Assembly: GCA_051294375.1 (NCBI GenBank)
Contig: JBJCIZ010000042.1
Location: forward strand, 156,008-190,851
DNA length: 34,844 nt
Source of the DNA: Paraspadella gotoi
Lineage: Eukaryota > Animalia > Chaetognatha
Reading direction: 5' to 3'
The position numbers and the translations under genes were made by a program. Positions 11,496 through 25,137 of the stretch are shown in pieces; the first letter of the stretch is position 1, and every line of letters begins with the position of its first letter. The notes beneath the pieces are model-generated. The model worked only from the letters and a program-made list of their open reading frames with translations, was not told where the DNA came from and did no database searches.

Positions 11496-12643
11496 TATTT
11501 CTCAAATTCATTCTATACCAAATAAGGAAGCTCCGCGTAGCTGGTTTGTTGCCGATGCTCGTGCTGATAATGTGTAATACTCAATCAATCGTTATTTTAT
11601 AAAAGTTTTACGATTGTCAAATAATATCGTCGCGAAAAGAGAGAATGATGAAGAGAAGGAAAAGTTATTAATATAAAATTGAAATCACTTTGTCGATAAA
11701 GGAAGCCTTGGATGAATAGCAACGTGTTGGGTAAAGAATAATAAAAAACCGGGAAAAACTAGAACAAAAAATAGTTTAAAGTTTATAAAAACTTTTAGTT
11801 AAGTTTACGATTTTTATAAAACAAAGAGGTTTTAAGAAGTAGAGGGTAAAAAAAGGAATGAAAATTAGGACGAGAGGAAAAGAGAAAAGAATAGGACTCT
11901 TAAGGAATGAGAATTTACGGTGTGAGTAGTTGAGTTGGTTCTTGAGGAGATGAAGAAGTTGAGGGTTTGAGGGTTGAGAGTGGTTAGTAGTTGAGGAGTT
12001 GAGGAGTTGAGGGGTTTGAAGGTTTGATAGTTGAGGGCGGGGTGGAGGGGTGGCGGTTGAGAAGTTGAGGCGGTGAGGCGCGTTGAGTGGTTCTGAGAAA
12101 AAAAGAAGTAGCCGAAAAGGAAAAAGCGCATCAATAATTCTCGTTCTGAATCAAACTCGACTTCGGCTTTTGTATCTTATTGTCCGAGCTCATGGTGCAA
12201 AAAGGCAGGAGGAGGGAGGAGGAAGTAGGATTGAGGAGAGGAGGAAGAGGAGGGAAGGAGAATCAGGCGGCCACATTCATTCTTTGGAATCTCCGTTTCT
12301 TCTTTTTTTTCCTTCTATTGATTCTCTTTTCCTTATATCCTTTTTCTTTCTCAACATTCCCTTTCAATCAATTCGCCATCATCTAGACAATTTTTTTCTT
12401 TTTCTCTCCTCCTTTTCCCTCTCTTCCTCCTTCTCTCTCTTCTTTCTTTTTTTAGTCTCCTTTCCTTCCCCGGACGATCCCGGATGTTGCCCGGCCTGAG
12501 AGAAAACCCGGATGTCGTTGAGTCTCGTTTTATCTCAATTAGTTTTCTTTCTCTCGACGGTCATATAAAGTTCTCCATTTTTTGTCCAAGGGTCGATTTT
12601 CTTTCAAACATAAGATCACCAGAGAAAAATCCTTTAAGAGGGG

Positions 12644-12672
12644 CTCTCTCTCTCTCTCTCCTCTTCTCTCTC

Positions 12673-12703
<31 letters not shown>

Positions 12704-12717
12704 TTCTCTCTCTCCTC

Positions 12718-12757
<40 letters not shown>

Positions 12758-12765
12758 TCTTCTCT
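12644..12765. repeat. (CT)n microsatellite
   Basis: Directly visible. Confidence 0.9.
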
Positions 12766-15700
12766 TCATCAAATCCTTTCTTTTCTCCTGCATCCTTACT
12801 CTCTTTCCCTCTCTTCCACCTCTCTTTTTCTTACCTCAACACTGAGACCTCGGATTTCGGTTCGGGTCCTTCTCTTCTTCTTTGAACCTTCGTTGAATGA
12901 CCTGTGAAATTGCACCCAAGCGTCAACTCGACCTCGCGTACATGCACGGCTTCGACGCGGCCCTTGGACACGAGGGGCGCCATCAGTCAAACCCGCGGTT
13001 GACCTTTTCTTCCTACTCCCGGCGATGCATTAACGATGGGATTTCTAGGGTCCTTTGAGGCGACTAGGCTCGCGAGCGACTACGGCAGGATTAGAACGTC
13101 GATGGATAAGGTCCATCCCGGTGAGAGAGAGAGAGAGAGGAGTGAGACGGGCGGAGGAGGAGGAGAGAGAGAGAGAGAGAGAGGAGAGGTCTTAATAGTT
13201 TCCTTTTGGATGGAGTCTGTAGAGATTCTCGACGTAGAGACGTACCGAACCTGGACTCAGGCTGGACTCGAAGTAGAAAAAGAGGTCAGCAGCATAGAAT
13301 AGAACGCAGAAGATTCCCTGAGCGCGCATATGACAGAACTCGATTCCTTTTCTCTCTTGCAGCAACTCCATTCTTCCTCTTCGTCGATTACTGGTCGTGG
13401 CGTCGTAGTGTGGCATGCGAGCTCATCAATTCCTCAGATCATTCTCTCTTCATCTAATGTTTGCGTTCGTTTATGCTACATAGGTGCCAGAGTTCCCACC
13501 ACCAGTGATAACTAGTAGTGAGTAGTATGGTTTCTGCTACTCCGTTTCATCATTCGTTTCCTCTCCGTTCTGTACGCTCACATTGGTTAACCACTCTCCT
13601 TTCTGCTCGGCTGTGTGCCCTCCAGTTCTCCTACCTCCGTCCTTCTCTCTGTCGTGGGTCGCCATACTCTCCCTCTACGCATCTTCGCCACCTGTAAGTT
13701 AGCGCCGCTTCCCTCCACCATCTTACTTTCCGTTATCTCTAATCTTTGATCTACTCTGACCAATTGTACAATCGCTAGGTGAAACGCTTCTCATCCACAA
13801 GATAGCATCTCTTCCCTATCTCCTTTCTCGGCCTTGCCTTATCGATAAGTTCTCCTCATTTCCTGTTCATTTCTACGGCTGCTCTCCTTCATCTCTCTGC
13901 ATACTCTACATCCTCTTCTCCTTCTCTCGTCTCTCTCTCTGGCTGGACCAGTGCGTGCTCCGCTCTCTCACCTGCTCGCTTCTCCTCGCCTCGCGCCTTG
14001 CCAGCGCGGCCCCGCGTCCAGAGCGAGGCTGCCCAAGTGGCCTTCCGTGGTGACCCGATACACTTGGAATCCTAAGTTCACTCTTTCACGGCAGTGACGG
14101 CCTCGCGGTGTCTCCTTTCCCCAGATGGCGTCCTATGAATCGTCCTCGACCCTGCGGACAAGCGTCGCTCCTCTCTCCACCCGGTGCGCAGGACCCTAGT
14201 CCCCCTCCTCGCTCTCGGGCCCTCTTCCCACTCCACCCCCGTGAGGCCGCCCCTTCCATCCCTCCACTCCTCTCATCCACTGCCTGCATCTTCCTGACTC
14301 CCGTAGACACTCGCCGTTGCTCTGTAAGACTCCACAACCTGGTTCGCCCGCAGAACCGCATTAGACAGAAGCAACCCTCATAAGCTGACTAAACCTGAAC
14401 AAGTCGCCTTCACCACTCCTAAAGACCCCTGTAAGAGCTCAACCCCTGTAAACCCTGCTCAAGCAACACCCCTTGTCGATACAGATCCCCAGCGCGTACG
14501 AAGCCATGGCGTGAGTGGGAATTGTTATACTTCATTGCCATGTCTTTGCTTTCACTCGCCAAATTATTTATCATCTAACCTATATCTTTTTGTAAGATGA
14601 CTACTCACATATGATATATTAAATAGAATTTACGGGATATGACACCGTGTTGATACGGTATTACATTATGTCGATCGTTAGATATCAACTCATCTCTACT
14701 CGTAGTTCTATCATTATATTTTATCACAAATAATATACTATTTTCCAGTTCGTTTTCAAAAATATAAAATAATCTCCTCGCTATTTCTCATGTCAATTCT
14801 TCTCGTAGATATCGTTCATGCATTCACTTGCAATCGAACTTACTAGAGTCCTAGTATTGACGAGCAAGTCGGGCATATCGACTTAATCAACTTATCTACT
14901 ATACGTAATTGTGTATTCCACTTGCCGCGCATACTACTTACGAAATCACGACATTTCTTGCGTGCCAGGCTTCATCTGATCCCTTACCATCTCCACAACC
15001 CATCACGCCGAAGCCACGCCCACCCTCAAGTATACCAGGTAACTGGCCGGGCCCCACGGACCGATCCCTCGACCTGCGACGTACTCCACTCGCATTTGAT
15101 CGATTCGAGGCGACGTCGAACTCCTAAATCCCGGCCGCAACTGATCGCCTGAGTTCTCCTGGAAGAATCAGCATAAGCGCATGCGCCAGTCCCCGCACGT
15201 GCTCACCGCGACGCACCCTTCGTCGATTACGAGCGACGGACCGACGTCGTTCGTGACCGACTCGACGCAGGCCGACCTCCGACGCCGAACGGGGAACTTA
15301 CACACGCGCCAACGAACAAGATCAAATCATAGAGAATTCCTCGTTCGGCTTCGCCTCTCGTTGTCCTAATCTGAATGCCAGGCTCACTTACTCGCGTACA
15401 CCCGGAACGACCAGTTTGGTTAACGGCAGGCGGTCTGCCTCGCCGCGATACAGATGACACCAACTGGTAGCGGGCCGAGCTGATTTCGTAGTAATATCTA
15501 TGGTAAATGGTTTTGACTCTCGTCTCGCTCATCTCTCTTCTCTCTTCTCTCTCTCTCTCTCTCTTCCCTCTCTGCTCTCTTCCTCTCTCTCTCTCTCTCG
15601 TCATCGTGTTCAATAAAGTCTCCTTCGGGAAGTTGAGGACATTCGTGAACATCCTCAGAATCAATCTTTAAGTTTAATTTTATTCGTATTTAGACCCGAA

Positions 15701-15959
15701 ATTAAATAGGATGAATTAATAAAAAAACTCGGAATCAATTCCTAGGTTTAAATGACTCCTTTTGTTGATTCGGCACGTTTTCTTCGTTTTGTTCCGCGTT
15801 GGCGTGCGTCTCGGCGCTGCCTTCGCCTTTCAAAAGGCTCGATCTGCAACCATACAAAATGGCGGGAAGTCAGTTGCCGCGGCGGTTGGCTTTGAAATCA
15901 ATCATCCTTGCCTCTTAGAGTTATAAGCAGGGAATGAGAGAAAAGAATAGAATAATGTT

Positions 15960-16468
15960 CTAAAGAGGAGAAAAGGACGAAGATAGAAAGAAAAGAAAGA
16001 AAAAAGAACAAGAAAGAAGAAGGAAAGAAAGAAAAGAAAGACAAGGAAAGAGAAAGGAGAAAAAAGAGAGAAAGAAAAGAGAGAAAGAAAAGGAGAGAAG
16101 AAGAGAGAGAGGAGAAAAAAAGAAAGAGAAAAGAAGAGAAGAAGGAAGAGGGAGAGAAGATAGAAGAAAGAGAAGAGAGAGAAAAGAGAAGAAAAAGAAA
16201 GAAAAGAACACAACCACCACAACCACAAGCAAAGAAACAAAACAACAAGAAAAAGACAAGAACAAGAACAAAGCGCAGCCTCGAATTAATAACCAACCAG
16301 AAAAACAAAAGACCCCACACCTTACAAAAAAAGCGGCACACAACACCACAACAAGTACCAAGAGACACCGAGAGAAGACAAACGAAGAACGACCTCGGAG
16401 AGAGAGAGAGAGGAAGAGAGAGAGAGAGAGCAGACGAGAGAGGAAGATGAGAGAGGAGAGAGAGAGCA
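15960..16468. repeat. GA/GAA/CAA low-complexity tract
   Basis: Directly visible; explains the spurious F/L/S-rich ORFs. Confidence 0.85.
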
Positions 16469-17241
16469 GCACATAAAAATTCCGCGGAAATATCCCTGTT
16501 GCCCCGGCTTACATTCGTACAGGACAAACCGCGCGAAAAGTGGCTGAAATGTATGGAGCAATTAACGTTGACTTGAAAGAAAACGAGTCTGTACTGGAAG
16601 CCAAAGAGAAAGAAGAGGGGTTAAAGGTTACTGGAGCAAAAGAAAGCGAAGAGGAGCAAGAAAGTCGAGTCCATTTGTGCACCAAAAAGGGAAAACCACC
16701 GGGGTGCTGAAAAAAAAGGTGGAAGAGTGATGTGGTGGTGAGTGGCGTAGCTGCGAATTAATCGAGTTCTTTATTAGTGTTGAGATGAATGACGGTCTGG
16801 CTGAAGGTTCGAGGTTTGAGCCCGCTATCCTTCATCGCTCATGCCCTGTGTTGCTGTTGTGGGCTCTCGCATGTGAAGGACTTAGAACTGAGCACAGGGG
16901 TGTGCGCCCCGCTCGTCTGCACCGCTATCCGCATCTCGGTCAGCTGCCCGCCTTCCCTCCCGCCACTCACGAGAACCGGCAGTGGAACGTTCGACTCCCA
17001 GTTGCCCAGCCCGCGTCGTAAAGAAGAAATGTCGGAGCAGAAATGAGGAGTGGGATGTGGGGTGAGGCCTCGAAACGAGCCGCCATCGGTGACAGTTTGC
17101 ATCATCTCTCGCAGGCCCTTGTTCGGTCGTGCTGACTCTGAAACCGCCTTCTCTTTCTCGTCTCTTAACTCTCTTCATTATCTACTCTTCTCCTCTCGTC
17201 CTCTTCTTTCTTCTCTCATCTCTCTACTCTCTCTCTACTCT

Positions 17242-17278
<37 letters not shown>

Positions 17279-20200
17279 GCCGGGTGCCGACCGAATAATC
17301 GGATCCCTTCGCGATATTCTGACACGGTTCTCTGCGCTGGACTGGTATCTGGCATCCTACTGCGGAAGGAATAACCATTGCGGTCATGCGGGCCATTTCA
17401 TACGACATCTCTGGCAAATGATCAACCTGATGCATGACTGCGGGCGTTGGCCGTGTTGGTGCGGATGTCACTGCAGGTCCTTTGAAGTTCGCTTTATGGA
17501 GATGCGAGCATGAGTCGAGAGAGAGTGGAAGAGCAATGTTGTGAAGTGAAAATTGAAAGAAAAACGAAAGTATAGCGAGAAAAGTAAGAGAAGGAAGAAA
17601 AACTCGAGCTTAAAAAGTAAAAGATAGAAGAAGCAAGAAGAAGAAAAAAATGAGAAGAAGAAAATTTAGTTTACTTTCTTTTGAATAATTTTAACACTAA
17701 CATATCATGTCGTTGTTGTCGTTTTTTGTGGTTTTCCTTCTCCTACTTTCTCCTCTACTTATTCACTATTTTCATTATGTATGTTATCAGATAACTGTGT
17801 TAGCGATACAAAACAAACAAAATTGTTGTCGTCTACTTAAAGTACCATCTATTCCGTCTGTTGAGATTGCTAAATGAAATAACTATCGCTACATCTGTCA
17901 TTCATATTCTTTCTTTCTCCTTGGTCTTTTATAGCTTTCGACATCGTCAAGTTCGAGTCGTCTTCCACTATTGAGGCAGGAGGCTACAGATATAAAAAAT
18001 ACTATATATGGCCGTCTTGGTAAACTGCGGTCTGGTCTGTCATTTATCGGTCTGTCGGCGTCGGTTTGTTCGCCACAGGACCGTTGCAACGCCTCGTCTC
18101 GGTCATTATTTCGTCCGTCTTTGTCGTCGGTCTTTGCTTTGTGTGTTCTTTTCTTCCTTCCTTGCCTTCCTTCCTCCTCCAGACTTCCTTCCTTCCTTCC
18201 CTTCCCTTCTCTGTCCTTCCTTGCCTGTCCTCCTGTCCTCCTCTCCTTATAATCTCTTAAGAAATGATTTCCCTACGCTGAAAACTCAATGGGAAGTTAC
18301 ATCAGACCGATATTAATGGCGACGTGAAATCGAGAGATAGAAACAAAGAGCCGAGGCCACTCAACAACAACGACCGACGAACGACGACAGACAACAAAAC
18401 ATTATCTCCTCGCTGTATTTTACGGGGATTTCGTTGAAAATTGAAAACAGAGGCCAATACACAGAATGTTTAGTTGTATTTCCTTCGTTGTTGTGTTTGT
18501 TCCGTTAGTCACAACAGTTTGATTCATCTTCTTTGCCTTGAAGGGAAAAACAAATATACAGAGAAACAATGCCCCTTTGTGTGGCGTTCTTCTTTTTTGC
18601 TTCTCTGTTTTCGTGCTTTTGTTTCTTTTTTCTTTTCTCTAATTTAATCCACAGACTCTTCTTTGTATTTTTGTTTCCGAGTGAGTCGCGAATCTTTTCT
18701 GTTTGTTTACATTTTCTTTTCTTTGTGGTATGACTACTGTTCTCAGGTGCGCTGTCGTTCTCTCTACGAATAAACGTGAGAGAACGCGTTCCCTGTCTCT
18801 CAGTTTCGGAAAACATGTTTAGTCACAACAATTTCCAAACACGAAGAAGTGGCAAAGACGGTTGGGATCCATACCGAAGGGTGTGAGTAAATCTGAAGCA
18901 GGGCCGTAGGAGCAAATGCTCGAAGGGGGGCGACAAGCTATAAAGGGGGAAAATGTAAATCTGAAGAGGGAGAGTTTCATGAACGAAAGTGAGAAGTTAA
19001 TCGAAAGTAGTAAGTAACTGCTTATAAAAGGCGATATGTAGAATATTTTAAAGCGGCAAGCATCTCATTCCTAAAAGAAAGGCCTTCAGATCCTGTTAAC
19101 AAAAGTATCACATCTAGGTTAATAACAAGCTTGAACGAGATATATCTAAAGGAATGCATTAAATAAGATACAAAAAAATCAATGCAATCTCGATCAAGAG
19201 GATTTCATTGCATTGTGGGGCGCCGTACTCTAATCTAATTTTACACTAGGCTGATACCGCTCTTGATCACTTAAAAAGTTAAAATCTTACGAGAGCAGAA
19301 ACGACGGAAGACGGATCATGAACAGCAACAACGACGACTTATTAACAACTATAACAACGACGACCGAACAACACCACGGACAACCAAGAGAGCGACGCCG
19401 ATTCCAACGTACGACCATTCGACAGCCCGAGAGCGAGCGATGGTTTTCATCTGGACATTTGACGTTTTTTTTTCGCTTAAAGCGGAAAGAAACTCTGGTT
19501 ATGCGTCGCCTGTTTAAACAAAACGGTTCAGTATGTAACCGACGACGACCGACGACGACAACAACAACGACGACGACGACGACAGACGACAGGCGGTCAG
19601 TTGCCTTGGGATTTGGATCGAAGCTTTCTCTTTTGTTGTCCTCATTGAAAAAAAGAGAATTGGTTGGTAGATAAAAGGTTCCGAAGATGAGGAGGAGGAT
19701 GGGAGGAGGAGGAGGAGGAAGATTGAGGCCGCGCCTGACCAGATAGTCTGAGTCTTGACTAGGAAAGGCGCATTTCGCCTTTCATATGCACGACAGCAAA
19801 TTTCGATCTCTTTATTCGAACCACTTTCCTTTTGCGTTTGAATAGAAACGTTCTTATCCTAACGACTGAGACGAGTTTCATCTTATTTATGATTAAGACG
19901 AGACTAAACATCTCTTGCCTTCATGCTTCCATGCTTCCGATTCCGTCTCCAATCTCCAAGTTCGGATAAGGAGATCCATGCTGTTTCCATTGGTCGGTTT
20001 CCATGCCGCTTTCCGATGCCCCCTACAGCTTTGGGTCTGTGTCAAACTTTGTCCTTGCTTCCACGAACGGTTTGCGCTTGTCCAACTCAGACCCTCGCGC
20101 GCAGATTTGAGCGCAGCATTGAGAGTGGCTTTTGTTATAAAAACAGATGGCCCGGACCAAGTGCCTGACCTTTCTGCCGCTTCTTCAGTCTTACGACTTT

Positions 20201-20715
20201 TTCCTTTGTGCGGCGCTCGGTCTGGCGCGTCATGGTATTTGATGCGGCTTCGTTGAGAGATTAAGTCAGGAGTGAGGTAACAGTTTTTGGTCAAAGTTTG
20301 TGAGGAAATTAAAATGGCCGTAGAGGAAAGTCTATTTTCAGCGTCACCACAATCTTTACAAAATCACGTCCTGTGAAAGTCGGCGGAGGACCCAAATTGC
20401 TTTTTATATTGGGAAAAGGCTAGAAATACTTCGCTTTCGGCTCGCTCGTTGTTGTTTTCGTCCAATACATATCAATCGACATACTTCCTCAGTCGTCGTC
20501 GTTCGGCACAGTCGTCCGAGTTTGTCAGATCGTCGTCGTTCAGTCAGTCAATGTCAGCCATCAACGTCACGGCTTCCGGAATTAAATAGTTCGGTCTCTC
20601 AATTCACGACTCGTCATGCGTGCCGTCATTGTGACGTTCGGTCCTCGTCTTCATTTTGCTCGCGGTCACGAAAGTCAAGAAAATGAAAATCTTTTGGACG
20701 CAAACCTGTGATGAT

Positions 20716-20773
20716 GAATCTCCGGATGTGAATCTCCGGATGTGAAACTCCGGATGTTGAAACTCCGGATGTG
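20716..20773 (+). repeat. 14-bp tandem repeat gaa(t/a)ctccggatgt, 4 copies
   Basis: gaatctccggatgt gaatctccggatgt gaaactccggatgtt gaaactccggatgt. Confidence 0.9.
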
Positions 20774-21194
20774 ATTCTTAGCCTTAACTTCCGACACCCG
20801 AATGCTCCCGCTCACCTTTGTCGTCCAAAAGCGCTCCAGAACTGCAAAACTCTTGTCTCCCAAACATATGCAAGCCTAACCCAGCTCATTTGAAACATGA
20901 AAACCAAGGCGCTCCAGCGTTCGCCTCCCCTTACTCGCCTACCCGGCTCTCCAGCCTCCGCCCCACTGGACCACAATTCTCACCCTTTGCCCGCCCACGC
21001 AACACCGCCGCCGATTAACCCCATCACTCAATTCCCCCTCTTCCCCCCCCGCCCACCGCGCCCCCTCCCTCCGCTAGCTCCGACGACGATTCGAACTCTT
21101 GACCCAAAAGGAGGAAAAATGAATGGGTCACGAAAAATTTTCGCGCTCTCGATCCCAGCAAGAAGAAAGCCGGCGGCCAGCGCGGTTTCAAAGG

Positions 21195-22130
21195 CCCATT
21201 CAACGCCGCGGAGGGGCGCAGCCGGCCCGCTGCGCTGGCCGGTGGCCGTCCATGCGCCGACCGCCACCGTTACAATAGCGACTTGCCGGGTGGTCCGGCG
21301 GTGGTCACTTTACCGCCCGTCCTTGCCACCACAACAGACGGCCACGGTGCGACGGGCGTCTCGCCGGTCGGGCGTGGCCCCCATATCGAAAACTAGAGAA
21401 AAAGAAAACTCGATGGAGAGGGAGAGGACGGCGGAACAAGAAAAAGAATTTCATGTAAATAGTAAATAATCACTTTTTTGGTCTTTTTTTACTTTCATTT
21501 CTAGCTGTACGTATTATTACTTTTATTAAATGCCTATATAACTCCATTATGCCTTCTAACTTGCCCCGTATCCTGCTCGTGTTTTCGTATCATGGAGAGG
21601 GAGAGACGAGGCTAGACAGGTCAGTCTTTATTTCGCGGGCCGCGAAACGCGCGTGTGTGCGCGCAGTGCGCACGTGCCGGCTTAGATTAATAACAAGGCA
21701 GCATCGGAAAGAGCCCACGCGGTCGGCGATCAGTGCATTGTTTAATCGCCATTGTCACCCTTTGAAATTAAATAAAACTATGGAGGGCAATTTTTTTGCC
21801 GTGTGAAGTTAGAAGTAATGCATTCCGTTTTCAATTTGAAATAATTATAAACCCCTCTGCCGGAGGAGTAAGGCATTTTATAACGCGCGAATTTTTTTCA
21901 TATAATGCTGTTTGTGTTGACAGAGTTCTCGCCAGCTAACTGTGATGCAGGAGCCTTCGCTGGGCGACGTATGGCCACACTTCGTCGCGGCGGCGACTGG
22001 AAAGGGCCATCCCGCCGGATGCGCCGAACCGATGATTCCCTTGTGATTACCGTGGGTCGACCGTGCGCGCAGCGAACGCGGCGGTGCGAACAGCTTTTGT
22101 TAGCCGCCTCTACGCACGTTCCCTATGAAT
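21195..22130 (-). mobile_element. Inverted partial cassette copy (gene A 3' end, left flank and probably further element sequence)
   Basis: 21195-21955 is the reverse complement of 22231-22935; for example tgtgatgcaggagcc at 21941-21955 versus ggctcctgcatcaca at 22231. Confidence 0.85.
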
Positions 22131-22423
22131 NNNNNNNNNNNNNNNNNNNNNNNNNNNNNNNNNNNNNNNNNNNNNNNNNNNNNNNNNNNNNNNNNNNNNN
22201 NNNNNNNNNNNNNNNNNNNNNNNNNNNNNNGGCTCCTGCATCACAGCTAGCTGGCGAAGAACTGTCAACAACAAATATATGAAAAAATATGCGCGTTATT
22301 TGCTTACTCCCGGCAGAGGGTTTATAAATATTTCAAATTGAAAACAAATCATTTCTCTTACTTCACGGCAAAGTTTGCCCTCCATAGTTAATTTAATTTC
22401 AAGGTGACATGCGATAACAATGC

Positions 22424-22461
22424 ACTGATCGCCGACCGTGGCTCCGAATGCTGCCTTTATA
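22424..22461 (-). promoter_or_regulatory. Candidate core promoter, TATAAA plus TCAGT initiator, for gene D
   Basis: Minus strand: TATAAA at 22461-22456, aTCAGTg about 35 nt downstream (22428-22424), ATG at 22385 (MEGKLCRE) and GTAAGA at 22361. Confidence 0.45.
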
Positions 22462-22749
22462 CTTAAATCTAGCGGCGCATGCGCACTGCGCGCACACACG
22501 CGCGTTTCGCGCCCGCGAAATAAAGACTGACTGTCTAGCTCGTCTCTCCCTCTTCATGATACAAAAACAACGAACAGGATCACGCAAGTTAAGAAGCATT
22601 AATGGGATTACATAATAAGCAATTATAATAAAGTAATAAAACAGTACAGCTAAGTAATGAAGAAAAAAAAGACAAAAAGTGATTATTTACTATTTACATG
22701 GTTCTTTTTTTCTTCCATCCCTCTCTCTTCTCAGTCGAGTTCCTTTTTT

Positions 22750-24285
22750 CTAGTTTCGATATGGGCCACGCCCACCGCGACGCCCGCCACGCGACGTCTG
22801 CTTGTGATGGCAGACGGGGCGGTATAGTGACCCGACCACCCGGCAGTCGCTATTATACCGGTGGCGGTCGGCGCATGGACGCCACCGGGCCAGCGCAGCA
22901 GCGGCCGCCTGCGCCCCCTCCGCGGCGTTGAAGGGCGCCGGTTCGGCTCGCGGCGATTGTGACCGCGGTGGAGAGCGGCGCCGCGCCTCGCCGCGCGGTG
23001 TAGGTGACGCCTGACGAGCTGCGCCCCCACTCGCTTCAACCTTCTTTTTGGGGATCCGCACCAGTTTGCCAGGCGCTCTCTCGGTGGTCGACTGAGCGAC
23101 GGGAGCAGGTGGTGGCGCCGTAACCGGCGAGAGGCGCGCCCTTGGCTTAGGAGGCGCCTTTGTAGGAACGTCGCCCTAAGCGAACTAAAAATAAGGAGTG
23201 AAACGGAAAAGAATGAGGAGATGGAGATGTAATGAAATGAAAAGGAATGAAATAAAAAGAAATGAAATGAAACAAAATGAATTAAAGCGAAATTGAATTA
23301 AATAGAGAAAAATGNNNNNNNNNNNNNNNNNNNNNNNNNNNNNNNNNNNNNNNNNNNNNNNNNNNNNNNNNNNNNNNNNNNNNNNNNNNNNNNNNNNNNN
23401 NNNNNNNNNNNNNNNNNNNNNNNNNNNNNNNNNNNNNNNNNNNNNNNNNNNNNNNNNNNNNNNNNNNNNNNNNNNNNNNNNNNNNNNNNNNNNNNNNNNN
23501 NNNNNNNNNNNNNNNNNNNNNNNNNNNNNNNNNNNNNNNNNNNNNNNNNNNNNNNNNNNNNNNNNNNNNNNNNNNNNNNNNNNNNNNNNNNNNNNNNNNN
23601 NNNNNNNNNNNNNNNNNNNNNNNNNNNNNNNNATTGATTAAATGAATATTTACGACGGCAAAATAAACATGGTCTCGACGTTCGACTTACACAGGGAGGT
23701 GATTCTCCGGCCGATCCGCCGGCAGCCGGACCCGGCCCCGACGAGGACGGGCTTCCACGGGACAGGATGCCATGTCTCAGGTCGACGTAGGACCCCGGCC
23801 CGCCGTAAACGAGAAATACGGGCCCGTGCAAGGCGGAGGATGGGCCGGTGAAACGCTCGCCGGCGGTGTCAGTGGCACTAGAATGACAGAAATAGGATTA
23901 TCAAACGCGAAAGGAAGAGGCGATTAGCGTTTCTAGCGACAAAGAAAATTAAAAACAATAATTGGAGAAACGGCGCTACTTACAGATGACGAAGATGAGT
24001 GAGGAATGCCCGCAGCAGCGGGTAGACGGCCCCGGTCCGGGACGTCGCGGAGAGGAAGGCGGAGCGAACCATCCCCCACTGATGGGAACTCCACCTTGGC
24101 TCCCCATGATCCCGGATTTGTCCGTGCAACTCCCCCAGTATGAGGTGGAGCTGCAGGACGGCGTTATCAGGGACCACTTGAGAGCCGCCAGGTCGCCACG
24201 GAAACAGATCATCTAGGAACATTAAGACCCCTGGGATGGACACAACGTCGAGCGCCGTGCCCCCATACCCGGTGGCGCTTTCCAT
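22750..24285 (-). pseudogene. Gene A, copy 3, with internal deletions
   Basis: Exon 1 is 24285-23984 (302 nt, donor GTAAGT), followed by a 106-nt intron. Exon 2 is 23877-23691 (donor GTAAGT). A ~345 bp deletion at ~23176 removes the exon 4 acceptor. Confidence 0.65.
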
Positions 24286-25137
24286 TGGAACCGGATTGAT
24301 GATCGTGAAGCGAATAGAAAAATCGGATGGATGATGGCGATGGAGTTGAGATGAAGCGGCGAAGTGAGGGCCGGGGTATCGCCTGGGTATCGATGACCCC
24401 CGAACGAAGAGGAGGAAGAGGAATAAGGCACGTCGATAATAATTTTTTTCATTGTTTCGAATGAAAATCGTGTTTGCGTGGCCCCACGAGTCCGTGACGA
24501 ATATATGTCGCGATAACAAGAGAGAAGATCTATTAGAAAAAAGGCGAAGTTAATATGAATTCGGGAAATGAATGGGTGAATGAATAAAAATGTAAAAAAA
24601 AATGTACTTACTGAGTTGAGTTTTCGTGGCCGGACGGGTGCATTACATGAAAAGCCACAGAACAAGGAACATGACCCGGTTACGCGTTTCCATGACGACG
24701 CGACGCGGCGCGTGTAAAAAAAAATCAACTTGGCCTAGTTTCTAGTCGGCGAGAACGTGGATGTAAACGAAAAAAGAATCAACCTGACCTAGTTGTCTCC
24801 GGGCGGGATCGTTACGCGTAAAGCTACGTGTAAAAGAAGTCCAGTGTAAACAATGTTCGATCGACTTGACCTAAATGTCACCGTCGTCGCTAGGCGACGA
24901 GTAAATTGCAATGGAAAACGTGTTTCGGAGGCCCTGCATGAAAATGGTTGACTTTTGGATGCCTTTAAATTTTGAATGATATTTGAATAATGTTTGAGTG
25001 ACATTTGAATGATATTTGAATGATTGATTACAAATACATGTTGCATGCTCTGCCATATATTGTCTATTATTGCTTCAATGATACATATTGGCTTATTTCC
25101 CCGAGTAGTTGATTACGATTAAAGCCTGACGTTGGCG

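Noticed and set aside
13478-13530. Minus-strand LLVITGGGNSGT resembling a Walker A motif
   Set aside because: It lacks the catalytic lysine, is followed by a stop, and has no Walker B in support
16790-16826. ggttcgag B-box-like motif (tRNA or SINE)
   Set aside because: No cloverleaf or properly spaced A-box
20050-20170. Minus-strand SELDKRKPFVEA reminiscent of an HMG box
   Set aside because: The remaining HMG residues are absent and the frame is bounded by stops
20716-20773. Short direct repeats as a CRISPR array
   Set aside because: No spacers, 14-bp unit, eukaryotic context
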